A stretch of 64,000 nt of DNA from Oikopleura dioica. Its lineage: Eukaryota; Animalia; Chordata. Of the stretch, positions 50,243 to 62,216 are shown in pieces (position 1 is the first letter of the stretch; every line of letters begins with the position of its first letter). The position numbers and the translations under genes were made by a program. The notes below the pieces were generated by a model, which saw only the letters and a list, made by a program, of their open reading frames with translations, was not told where the DNA came from and did no database searches. Location: contig OU015566.1 in the NCBI GenBank assembly GCA_907165135.1, forward strand, positions 10,168,001 to 10,232,000, written 5' to 3'.

Positions 50243-53200
50243 ATGGCTGACAAGGGCGAAATGACGAACCAGATCAAGGCAATGATCTTTGGAAATCGAG
50301 CTCCTGGCCCCGGCCAAGCCGATCTCAAGCCCAAAAAGCCAAGAACTATCGCTTACGATCGACATAGTCTCGTTGAAATCGGCAAAAACACCGCTAGGTA
50401 AGAAAAGTCGCAGTCTCTTACATAATATCTCTAGAATCTCCCATCCCTTCTGTTTTTTCTCCCTCTACTTTTGTAGTTCGGGAGATAAAGTCTTAGCGGC
50501 AGAGTTCTGTCGATGGGGGACCTCTTCGGATGGACGCAAAAGTTCGAATTCAACCCTTTTTCTAGCCACACCCGCCCAAGCTTTCTCGACGTCGAGTACG
50601 ACAACATCTCGCGCGTCGACGGCAGCAAGCGGTGGGATCCCGAGCGCTGGCACGCCGGAACCAAGGCCCAACATCTCAAAGCCCGGCGAGAAGCAGCGGC
50701 GAAGGAAATGTCCGCCAAGGCGAACAATGCTAGCAGCAACTCGTCGATCATTGGCGAGCCAAACTCGTGGCGCAAGTCGAAATCTGATAAACGATCTGGA
50801 TTGGCGATGGACGAAGAAGTGGAAAATGGAAAAAATGATGAAACTTTTGGCGTCTCAACTAGGCTTGGTCCTCAGCGGAGAAGGTACTTGTTATTCCTGT
50901 AAAAAAAGGTCATCTTCTCTTTTCTAGCTATAAAGAAGGCTGCAAGCCTGGCAACACCCGCGATGAGGGACCAAAAGGCGATCAAGGATCTTTGTCCAGT
51001 TCTGGCGCGAGTTGGCGTGACTCGCGCAAGAAGGAACCCTGGCGCCGCGGAGGAGACGACGACAAGTTCAGCGATTTCCGCAACGATGACGGCGGCCGTG
51101 ACGGTGGAAACAAATACGGCAACAATAACGCTCGCTCTGGTTACAACGATCGCAACAATCGCTTCAACAACAACCGTAGTGGTGGTCGCTATGGACGAGG
51201 AGATCGTTTCGGTCGCGATTCCCCTGACGAAGAGCCCGAATGGATGAACCCCGATGACGGAACCGAGGCGAACGAGATGACTTTCATGGCGCTTGAAGGA
51301 CTCCCAGGAGATATGCGAGGAAAGGAAACTTCCCAAGGTCGGGATAAAAACCGTGACTCGCCAGAACTCGTCGCGTTTGACGAGAGTGCTTTTATGGGCA
51401 CAACTGACGATGGCGGAGAAACGAAGCTTGGCGGCGCACTTGGCGCTGCTCTCGGCGAACTTGACGATCCTCTCCAAGGCGAGCTTGGCGGTGCCTTGGA
51501 GGACGATCCTCAAATGGACGGATTGATCAAATCCTCTTTCATGGATATTATGAAGGACGATGACACTGATCCCGCCCCTGGCGCATCCAAGTTTTCCGCA
51601 TTCTTCGACTCACCTGCAGAACCAGAACTCAACCTTCCGAGCAAAAAGAACGCGACAGCTGGATTCCCACCACCGCAGAATATTGGCGTTCCAGCAGGAT
51701 TAATTCCGCCCAATGCAGCTGGACTTGGATTAAAAAGCCAGCCCCAGCCTCCGTTGGGAATGAACCTCTGGAATATTCAGCAGGCGGGATCCGGCGCTTC
51801 TCATCCTACTCCCGAACAGCAGATGAAACAGCAATCCGCGCAGAATAGAGTCAACGATGTTTTCAGCCAGTTCAAGAATCCTCAAGGTAATGTCGAATAG
51901 TAGAACATGGAAATTTAATTGATTATTAGTCTCCCCAATCATGCCTTTGCGGCCTCCCGGTGTTGCTCCGATGCCAGCTGCTAGAAACTGGGACATTCTT
52001 CCAGGAACGAAAAACGAGCCGCCTCGACCACAACAGCCACCAGCAGGTCTTCCAGCTAGCCTCTTCGGTTTCGGAAACGGCCCATCTAATTCGCAACAGC
52101 AGCAGCAACGAGCAGGTCCACCGATGCCTCCAAGAGGATTCCCGATGACAGCCATGAGTGTAGAAGATCTGGAAGGCCCTCGCCGAAACATTTCGCCAAA
52201 CAATGATAACCAACCAGCTCCTGACGTTAAGCGAAAGCTCATGAACCTCCGCAACGAATTCGATCAGAAATCGAATGTTCAGCGAATGATGTTTCTTGGC
52301 GCCCAACAACCTCCAGGACAAGCCCCTCAAGGACTGCTTCAACATGCTATGCCTCAACGAATGCCGCATCAGATGCAGCATCAAGCTCCGCGGGCCCATC
52401 AGCACATGCAGCAACAACATCAGAAGCAGATGATGGATCAGCGAGACGTTCGAGCAGCTCAAGAGCAGCAGCGAATCCGCGTTGCGCAGTACTTGGCTAG
52501 CGAAGAGAAAAATAGAACTCTTACTCCAACTGAAGGTACTAACTCCGGTTTTTTTGTTCAATTCTAAATCTTCTTTTCAGCAACATTCATGAAGCAATTC
52601 CGCGCCGAGCAGAACGGCCTTTACGGTCCCGGGCCTCGAACAATGATAGACCAAAACTTGAACCAGCTCAATCTTGGCCGTGATAACCGTGACCATCCCC
52701 GCTCCAGCCAAAATCTCGATTTCAATCGACAAAAAGAGTCATTCGAAGAAAAGCTCCGCCAGCAATCGAGCATCGGCAGCAGCGGCCCTCCTCACCCAGA
52801 GCAAGTCCCGAAATTCAATCAATTTACTCCCACTTCTGTCATGCGAAAAATGGTTCATCGAAAAGGCGACGAGCCCGGCGATGGTCGACCGCATCGAAAT
52901 CCGAAAATAACACCACTCGAGCATACAGGCGTCGTCCGAGTTCCCAAGGGAGCTACTGAAAGAAAACTAAGCAACGGAGGAGTTTCTGGAAACAAAGGAA
53001 CAGCTCAAGGAGCGATGAGAAACATGACGAATGCCCCACCTGTGATCTACACCCAGCAGCAGCAACAGAGAGGCGCTCCGCCTCCTGTTATCAACAGTAG
53101 CGCGCCAAATAGCTCGAGCTCGACGCAAATGCTTTTCCACCAGCGAGGCCTCATCCCAAGCCAGATTCGCGCACCAGCAAGCCAACAAGCCAGCTCTGGA

Positions 53201-53281
53201 AACAACGAAGACAACACAATGATCCATCGCCTTCTCCAGCAACAGCCCCAAGCCAACCGAGCATTTCCCGAATTTGGCTGA
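50243..53281 (+). CDS. EIF4ENIF1: eIF4E transporter 4E-T
   Basis: eIF4E-binding YxxxxLphi motif YDRHSLV, RPSFL, WDPERWHA, GPQRRSYKEGC (cf. SPQRRSFGGGC), EEPEWM (cf. EEPEWF), then a long Q/P-rich disordered region. Confidence 0.85.
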
Positions 53282-55266
53282 ACGATAAAAGAGCGAAATC
53301 AACGAAGAAACAATGTTACTAGAAATGATTATCATAAAAGCATACTTTGAGTTACTTACATTGTATTCACCCTCTTCCCCCAAAAAAGCTTTGTATCATA
53401 TTTCTTAAATTTACTGACCCTCACAGAATTCCTCCCCCTAAAAAAAGCACTGAACCCTTTCAAAAAATGCAATTTCCACAAAAATATCGAACCTATTCTT
53501 TGTAAATCTTCCCCCTCCCTTCTTTTAGTGATGAAAGTCACTTTCCCCTTTAATCCCTCCCTTGTAAATTTAATTAAACAAAAGCAAACTTTCATGTAAA
53601 TACTTTTAAAATTTGCAATTTTCTTGATGAAAATTTGATTTTCATTTTGGAGATACAAGTCTGTGGAAGAGTGAATTTTACGATCCACAAGAAATACTAG
53701 ACAAAAATTTTGATTCCTGAAAATATGCTTCAAGTTCTGATCCTTGTCTCGTTTTTCTGCCTGAAAATGACGCAAGGGATGAAGCAAGCATATTTCCACG
53801 GAACCTTCGCTGATTTTCAAAGCCACATTCCCATTCCCCAAAACTCACCCTCCCCTGAAACAAAAAAACTGAACATCTTGCTTGCTGAGAATAACTCCCC
53901 GAAAGACAAAAAAATATCATTCACGCCCAATGAAAAAGACTATTAGTATTAACCAAGTGTGTACCCATATCAGCCCCATCTATATATTTTTCCTATTCTA
54001 CGTTTGTTTGTTTACTGCTCTCTCCTCTTGTGGTTCAAAACGGATTCGAGAGGTTAGGTTTAAATCTGTCCAACCCTCATTCAAAGTCCTCCAACTCACA
54101 GTTTCCTTTCACCGATGGCTTCAAAGTAGCCCTTGGATGATCAGAGGGTTAACGCACGAGATTGGTCAGTGAGTTAACTCCCTTGCACAGCCATGTCTTT
54201 TTTTAACCCATCGGTGTAAGGCCTAAACCTTCACTAACGATCCGTATTCGTTTATCCGCCAGAGCCGAGAGTGATTTTTATTTTCTTCTTTCTAGGCTTT
54301 TTATTTATTTACACTTTTTCACCAACCTGTGTTTCAACTCAAGTTCAACTCCTGTTAGTCAACGAAAATACTATTACATAAATCTTGTAAGCTGAATATT
54401 AAAAAACCCTATTAACCCTTGGATTTTATCTTCAAGGGATTACTCTTTGGACACAGAATATATGAATAAAATAGATATCAAATAAAACCAAATCTTCATG
54501 ACTTCGATTTCAAAACTTGGTATCCCCTCTTTTTGAAATCGAAAGATTTTTGTCGCGTGTATGAGAGACCTGATTCTTTAAGACAATTGTCTGTCGGACG
54601 GAAATTTCATTTCGGAAGAGGTTTTTTTCAAAGCAAAAGTCAGCAGTAGAGAGTGTCGGGAGATTACTTTTTATAATTGACGAGTGAGTAGAATTGGGTG
54701 ATTTATTAATTGTAGTAAGATAATCACTGATTATCTTTGCTCATAAATTTGGCTCCAAAAACTTGTGAAAAGATAAGAAAATTTCTTGCAAGATCTGAAA
54801 GTTGGTATTTTTCTTTAGTGAAATACAAATATTACACAGGAAAATTTCCTGAGGAAATGCTTATTCACAAATTTTGGTATTCGTTTTTACAAAAAAATTT
54901 TTATGGAAAAAATTCGAATAGCTTTCGATTCGTCACGAGGCAGATAGAAAAGAGGGTTCATTTCCGGAAGGAATAATCAAGAGCCGAAATCAACCCTCGT
55001 TTTTGTTCCATTTCCTTCGTGATTCATTTCGAGAACTGCCAGTCTTTGCGGAAAGAGCTCTCGATAACTCCTGATATCGAGGCGCTCGGCACAAATTTTC
55101 CGACGCCACCTACTCCGGCCATATTTAAACTCCTTCATTGGTCACTTTTTCACATTCGCATTTTTTGCTTCTCAGCTGAGACAACAACTCACAATTTAAT
55201 TTTTTGCGACCGGTTTACAAAACCTACAAGAGAGTTTTTCAGACAGGATAGAGATCGGTCTGTAAG

Positions 55267-58200
55267 ATGGGAGACGGCGAAAACCCAGATACCAGTAAAG
55301 GAGATGGTTTAATAGCTTTTACTAATCGCTTTGCTTTATGCTAATAATTTGAATGAAAATAATGAACCGCTAATAGACATGCTTGATTTGCACCCAGATG
55401 ATGACATTTCTGATGGTAAAAAGCCAATTTTCAAAAAAAGTAATTAAATTTACTTTCAGTCTTGTCGGAAATGGATGCGGGCGAGGAAATGCGGCTACTT
55501 GAGGAGAATCCGCCTTCACCGCAGCCTGGCTCTCCAGTTCCAGCAGAAGGACTTTCAAGCGACGACGAATTAATGGCGGGTGACGATGTCCTCGACAATG
55601 AAGCGCAAGAATTGCAGGAAAATCGGGATGAAATGGCGACGCCTCCGCTCTTGGACAATCCTGAAAGCTCCATGCAGCCCCCACGAGCTTCAGAAATTCC
55701 AAATGAGTCCAATCATCCTGGTAACTTGAGATTTTCTTGATAAAATTTACGACCTTCTCTAGATCAACCGGCAAACATGCTCAGCGATGGAGAACTTAGC
55801 TCCGAAGAAGAATTGCCAAGCAACAATCCTGTTGAGTCCTCTTCTGGATCGAAGATCGTTGGAACTATCGATCTTCTTTCCGACAGCCAGACAGATTCTT
55901 CCTTCGTACGAGAGAAATCGACGGTGTCTGCTAAAAATGCCGCTACCGTGGATCGCTTCAGGGCCCTTCGGATGCAGCGCCGACAAAGAGAACTAGCAAA
56001 GCGGTCTGAATCGCGATTGCCTGAAAGTCGAAGCATTGTGAAACCGCGAACGAAGCCTCCTTCGATTGCTGGTTCTGTTACCGGCGAGCTTCAGCAAGGA
56101 TTGCGCCAGCTTGATTTTTCAAGCCCTGGCCAGCGGCCACTACTTCAAACAAAAGTAAGCATCGAATTTTGTCTTCTTTTTAACACTTTTTTCTAGAGCC
56201 GAACGAGAATTCGACCGGCAACTCCAACGACCAGTCCCATGATAGCGACGACGGAATGACTGAGGTCGTCAATTTTCCCATCTCCACCCCGATGGAAGCG
56301 ACAACAAGCATGAATCGAGATGCCTATCGACCCTCGAACGCGCGAGAGAACCTCGTGGAGCGAGTGGAGTATGAGGAGCGGGAATCCCGGGTGAAGACAG
56401 AGCCGATGTCTCAGGATGACCAGGCAATGGCAGCTTTGAACGAGCACGAGAAGCTGCGCAAGTGCCGAAAACTCCTCCATCGGATCGAAGGTGTCCAGAA
56501 CTTTGGTAACTTTCAGTACTCGCAAGAGAATCTCCGCTACGTCGGGCTCATCCGTGACCGCTACGAAGATCAAGATCGCGTCAAGAAGGTGTACGACAAA
56601 GAAGTTGACTATCTGAAAACAGCGGTCAAAGAAAAGTTTGAGGAGCAGATCCAGAAGCTTAAATTGATGCGAGATCTGGAAATCAAGAAGTTGGATCAAA
56701 AGAAAGACCTTGCTCTCACTCAACTTCTTCACTCTTCTGGCCCGCTGGAAGCCTTCCACGCCCTTGACGAAGTTTTAAATCAGCAGAAGGAACTTTGCGA
56801 AGATGCGGAACGAGATCCGCTCAAACTTGATGAATTGATGGGCAAGTACCATTCCATGAAAAAGGTAGGAAAATCAATCGAAATTGAATCTCAAGAAATC
56901 GCTTTTAGTCGATCGATGATAGTCGAACAAAATACGTGGAGGGCGCTGGCTTGCTGCAGCGAAAGCTCACGGAAGTGGCGCAAGCAAAAGTGGTTCAGTC
57001 CAACAAAATCGTTATCGACGAGAAGGAGCCTCTTTTCGTCGTAGAGTACCCAACAGCTTCTAAGAAGGTGAATGACAAATAAGAAAATATGATTTCAGTA
57101 AATTCTAGCGCCGAAGCGAGGGATTCAGCCGAGAAGATTTCCAAGTTGTCATCAACCTGGATTCCGATGAAGAGCCAAGCTCAACTGATGCAGTTTCCTC
57201 CGGCACGATGCCTTTTCGACAGAACAAGCGGCCTCGATTGGGCGCTAGAACCAACACCTGGACCCACATGGATCGACAGCAAGAGATTGAGAAGAAACAA
57301 TCGAGATCCAGGTAAATTTGAATTCCTAAGATCATCCATTTACTTTTCTCTCAGATCTCGCGGAAACCGAAACGCTCGAAGAGGTCACACGATGACCCAC
57401 GACGCATCTACTGATGAGCAGGTAGCGAACTATTATTACTGAAATTCTTTCTCGTTAAATCTATCTTCCCTCTAAAACCCAGACCTTCTCTTCGCTCTTT
57501 CTTTTAAATTTAACGGTGCACTAAAACATAAATACGTATTGACCATTCCTACTGAAGAAAAAAGAATAAATCTTCCTGACATCTAAAAGTTGTGAAACAT
57601 TTTGAAAATGTTTTACTTTGACTTTCCTTTCTCTTGGCAATTTGCATATAAATATTCTGTTTAGGAGGAACCATGTCGACGAAAAGTGACTCTCAACAGA
57701 AACTTCCTCGATCGACTGGCGTCCGATTTCATGACGATCGAGCCACAGGTTTCAAAGCGATCGAAGAGCCATGATCGCGTTCGAGATCGAGAGCGCTCTC
57801 CCATTCGCAAACGAAGAAACTCCGCAGAAGAACACCCTTCTCCACGAAGCAGCAGATCACGACATCGATCTGGTCGCTCGTCTCGGGCTTTTGGTCGATC
57901 AGGAGGAGATCCGGAACCAGCTCATCTTGATTCCAAGGATGCAGTAACCCTTGTTGAATGCAGCAAGATTAATTCGGAAAAATCGACTTCCGAAACACGG
58001 AGAAGAATTTCTCCCGATACATGGGACTTTGTAAGATTCGGATTAAACAAAACAGGTATTTAAAAAATCTTCAGTCGCTGGCAAGGAGTACTACAAGCAA
58101 CTTCTCGTTGTTGACATCCGAGACGCCGATGTGCTCTACATAGATGTCCACCACAATTGCTCGGTACGAGTTTTCCGTGGCCTTGAAAAGCCAGATTCGC

Positions 58201-59183
58201 CTGCCTCTGCTTGCATCATCAAGGTCGACGATGGACCAGATATGATTGCCGTCCTTGCGTAAGTGGATATGCTCTCAAACAGTTCTTGACAGAAATTTTA
58301 GTCGAGATGGTATCCGAATTCTCAAGCAGCGCTACTCTAGAAGGAAGAACGCCGATCTTACTTTCGAAGAGGTTATCAAGTTCCCAATTGATTTCTCGCC
58401 AAATGAGCATCTTGGAAAGCACTCTTTCGCATACGTTGGATTGGAAACCTGCACTTTCGAAGGAGAAAAATGCTTGGTTACGTTCAACAAGAACAAATGC
58501 CAGGTGACTGGGCATAAAATAATCTTAATTATATCTATTCTTTAGCTCGAATATTTTGCTATTCCTGAGGACTTCAGTTCTATTGAAGATATTAGCGTCA
58601 AACTCGTCGAGCTCGCCCGCGACTACAAAAACACGTAAGCTATAGATTGAGTTATCCTCTCCGTACAATCATTTTTCTCAAGTTTGTACATGTCGAAGAC
58701 GTACGATGCTAACCACCTGTTCCTTTCCGTCAACGACATTGGGCGACCATTTGTAGCGCGTGTCAGCTTCAACGGAGAGCCCGACGTGTCCTGGCAGAAC
58801 CAAGGCATTGTTCATGTTCCCAAGGACTCGATTGACATGATGGCTGGAGTTTGTGAGACTCCGAATGGAACTCTTCTGATTTGCGATGGAAACGGATCGA
58901 AGGTAATTTTATTGAAGACAGATGTCGCCAATTTAAACGAATTATTTAGTACCCACAGTATGGCAATGTCTGGGCCGTACTCGAATCGAAGGAGTACGAC
59001 AAATCCGGCAAGTTCGTCCCTGTCAAACTTCAAGACAAAAACGGGCGAAATATCACCGTGCGACGCTCAGTCGACATCGTCTCCAATCATCGCAACATCT
59101 TTCTCTGCACCCACCCTCTTTCCGATCCAAAATGCCGAACCAAGGCCGAGATCTACGCCTTTGCCCGCCCAGATGATTTTTAA
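55267..59183 (+). CDS. unknown multi-exon protein: acidic disordered N-terminus, coiled coil, RS-like segment, C-terminal beta-propeller/NHL-like region
   Basis: A chain of GT-AG exons reads open from MGDGENPD to ..EIYAFARPDDF* (59181-59183). Coiled coil at 56400-56850; blade-like MAGVCETPNGTLLICDG. Family not recognised. Confidence 0.6.
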
Positions 59184-59520
59184 TGTGCTCCCCCAACTGT
59201 TCCTCCGCACTCTTCAATCCCAGTTAATCTTATCCGCTTATATTCCTCTTTTATAGATGCTATCTTGTTCCCCAAATTCAACCTCACTACTGCCTTTTAA
59301 ATTATCTGTAGGTTTGTAAAAAGCCTCTCCCATTAGCGATCACAATTATTTTCTGGCAAAGCATCTTTAAGCTGTCTGTTAACCCTGCCGTCTGGGATTC
59401 CCAGACTTGAAGTAATTTATATTTTAACTGCTAATGTTAATGACTCTTATATTGATACTTCTCAAATTGAAAAAACAAACCTGAGCCTCCCCTTATTAAT
59501 TTCTTTTCAAGAGCAAAAGC

Positions 59521-62159
59521 ATGGACAATTCGAAATCGGGCCCGGCGCAGAGGACTTCTTCGGATAGAAGATCCGCAAGCTCCAGTTCTACTCGGAATGA
59601 ACAACATCAACAAAATCAATTCAAAGGGAAGGTTTTCTACTTCGACAATGAGTGCCGAAGAGATCAACGCTTCGACAGTAAGATTTTCATAAAGATATTG
59701 TATCAAATATTCTTAGAACTGGTGAAACAAGTTCAATACGCTGGAGCTTCAGTCGAGCTGTTCCACACGAAAAAGATCACGCACTACATTTCCATCAGCG
59801 GGCGAAAGCCGCAAGCTCAACCTCCTGGCCCTTCAAGAAGATCAGGAGGGACAGCCAGACCACTGTCGAGAAAAGATCTAATGCTTGCAGCTGTGAAAGG
59901 AAGTCAAACTACCAGCAGGGTGGCTATTTTGGATTTGGGGGTTAGTTGGAATTGGATTGGATCCAATCCAATAAAGTTTGGATGGAATTTGGATGGCCAG
60001 GGTACCGGATTTTGTTGGGGAAAATTGGGCAATTGGGGGAAATTGGGGAAATTGGATCCAATAAAAAATATATCTCTAAACTATGCAAAGTAGGGTCATT
60101 TTCATGATAAAAATGAACAATCTCAGATAAAAAAATCATTGTTTTGGCTCTGTTGATCCTCCTTTCGGATAAAAACTTACTGTTTCATTTCTTTTCAAAG
60201 TACTAGAAGCCTTGGAAAAATTGGAAACCCAATTGGATCCAATTGGAATTGGGGATAATTGGGGAATTGGGTAAAATTGGATTGGATTGGATTTTGGATG
60301 GATAGCTTCGACTCAAAATTTATTGGATGGAAATTGGATGGCGAGACCCCGAAATTTTGTCCAAAATAGCCACCCTGACTACCAGCCCGCCAACCAGTTC
60401 AATAGAAGAAAATCGAGGAGTGCGCTATTACGCCTTTGACAGTTTACTGAGACTCGTGGCGAAGCAAGTCAGGGTAGAAAAAAGTCGAAGAGCGATGAGA
60501 CGGAGCAACGATGCAAACAAGTCGTTGGACTCTCCCGTCAAATCGCCAAAAGTCGCAAAACCAAAGAAGCCAACAACAGCGTATCCTCAGACAAGCAGGC
60601 GATCACTCTTCATCGAAACGAAGAGTCCCGAGAAGAAGACCAAAAAGATATACCTAAGAGACAACTTCACTAAAATCACCGATGTTTCTGAGCGATTCCG
60701 TCCAGTCTACAAAGATCAAATGACGGAGCAAATCGTTTCACTAGAACGAGTGGCCTACAATAAGTGTCCTTTTGTCGGTTTCTTGACTGACGAAGAACGA
60801 AAAGAAAAACGCGATTCGATGAACCTCCAAAAACAACAAAAGTATGAGCAAAAAGAGGGAACGAGCACATCTGCCAAGACAACCAGCGCCAACGCCACAA
60901 ATGCAAAAAGTGATGCGTCGAAAACGCTCGGAACAATGTGGAAGAACGGCGGAACTTGTGAGGTCTGCCAATACTTCAGATATGAAGATCCTGAAGAGCA
61001 CTTTGAATCGCAGACGCACAAGAAAAACGTCAAAAACTACGAGGAGCGCTTCAAGATTATTGACAACAAGAGTTTCAAACTTCAGAGCGGCTTGACAAAA
61101 CAACAAGAACAGAGTTTGTCGAAAATGGAGCGCCGTATCGCTATTATTAGCCATCGGAACAAGAAATATGCTGTTCGTAACGAATCGAGTTCGACTTTGG
61201 CCGAATTAGAAAGGATGAAGTCACCTATTCTTGCGGAAGAGACGCCTTTTACGGATAAGTCGAGCCAAAAGCTTCGACAAAAGAATCCCTCTTCTGACCA
61301 AAATGCCAGTGGAACTAACAAGTCGTCCGACAAAGCAGATGAGAAAGAAGTGAGTGCAGTTTTGTCGCCGGTGATTAAGGAAGTCGAAGAAGAAAATCAC
61401 GAAAATAAGAAAGTGCAAGAAGTTGTCCCGAAAATGGCTGTAGAAAATTATAACTACAACGAAGGGTCTTCTCAGAAGATTAAATTAGAGGAAAGTCAAG
61501 CGATCGAAAATGAGGAAGAAGTCGAAGAAAAGCATGTTGAAATTCCTGTAGAAGATATTGGTGAGCGGGTAGTCGCCGATCGCCAGATTCATACGGACAG
61601 TCAGGAAAGAGAGGATGAAGAAGAAGATAGTGATACTCAAACAACTTCAGATTCTTTGACCGAAGACGAAGATCCTATGATGATGGACGCGACCGAAGCT
61701 CTGAATGCGTTAAAAGATGAAGAAGCGACAGATGATAGCTGGGAAATCCCAAGTCGTATGAGCGAAGTATCAGCTGCCCAAGACAAGAGCACTCACTCAC
61801 AAAAGGCGATCCTTTGCAAACAGAAGACCATACAGCTTTATAATTTTGAAGACTCATCTGATGAAGAAGATGGTCACGTGCTTCTGAAGAAGAGCGCTCG
61901 AAAGAAAGCGACCGACAAGAGCTTCAATCTTGATACGACAAATGAAGAAGATGAAGACAATAAGACTACCTCCGTCAACCTTCCTCGTGAAAAGCCTCGA
62001 ATCATCCATCCAAAGAGGAAGCGAGGCGACGATTTCGCCCATCCAAATGACAGAGTTTGCCCGCCGAGTCCTGATAGTCGATCTCCAGCTAGGAAAAAAC
62101 CTGATGTGAATAATCGTTTTGATGGTTTTAACAGGCATGTGTTAAACAAATTTATTTGA
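59521..62159 (+). CDS. DBF4: DBF4 (DDK regulatory subunit), exon interrupted by a MITE; probably extends further 3'
   Basis: Motif N FKGKVFYFD..GASVELFHTKKITHYIS; SRKDLML; motif M FTKITDVSERFRPVY..KCPF; motif C zinc finger CEVCQYFRYEDPEEHFESQTH. Confidence 0.85.
59916..60377. mobile_element. 462-bp hAT-like MITE (18-bp TIR CAGGGTGGCTATTTTGGA, 8-bp TSD ACTACCAG) inside DBF4 coding sequence
   Basis: Perfect TIRs at 59916-59933 and 60360-60377; ACTACCAG at 59908-59915 and 60378-60385. Removing the element plus one TSD restores CAA ACT ACC AGC CCG CCA in frame. Confidence 0.93.
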
Positions 62160-62216
62160 CTTCGTCACTTGTAGATTTTTGTCTTTGTGGATATTTTTGC
62201 GTAACACTAATAACAG

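Noticed and set aside
53356-54976. Several ORFs downstream of 4E-T
   Set aside because: Low-complexity AT/C-rich sequence consistent with a long 3' UTR and intergenic DNA.
59678-59716. DBF4 ORF reading straight through DSKIFIKILYQIFL
   Set aside because: This is a 39-nt in-frame GT-AG intron with a strong GTAAGA donor; removing it restores motif N spacing.
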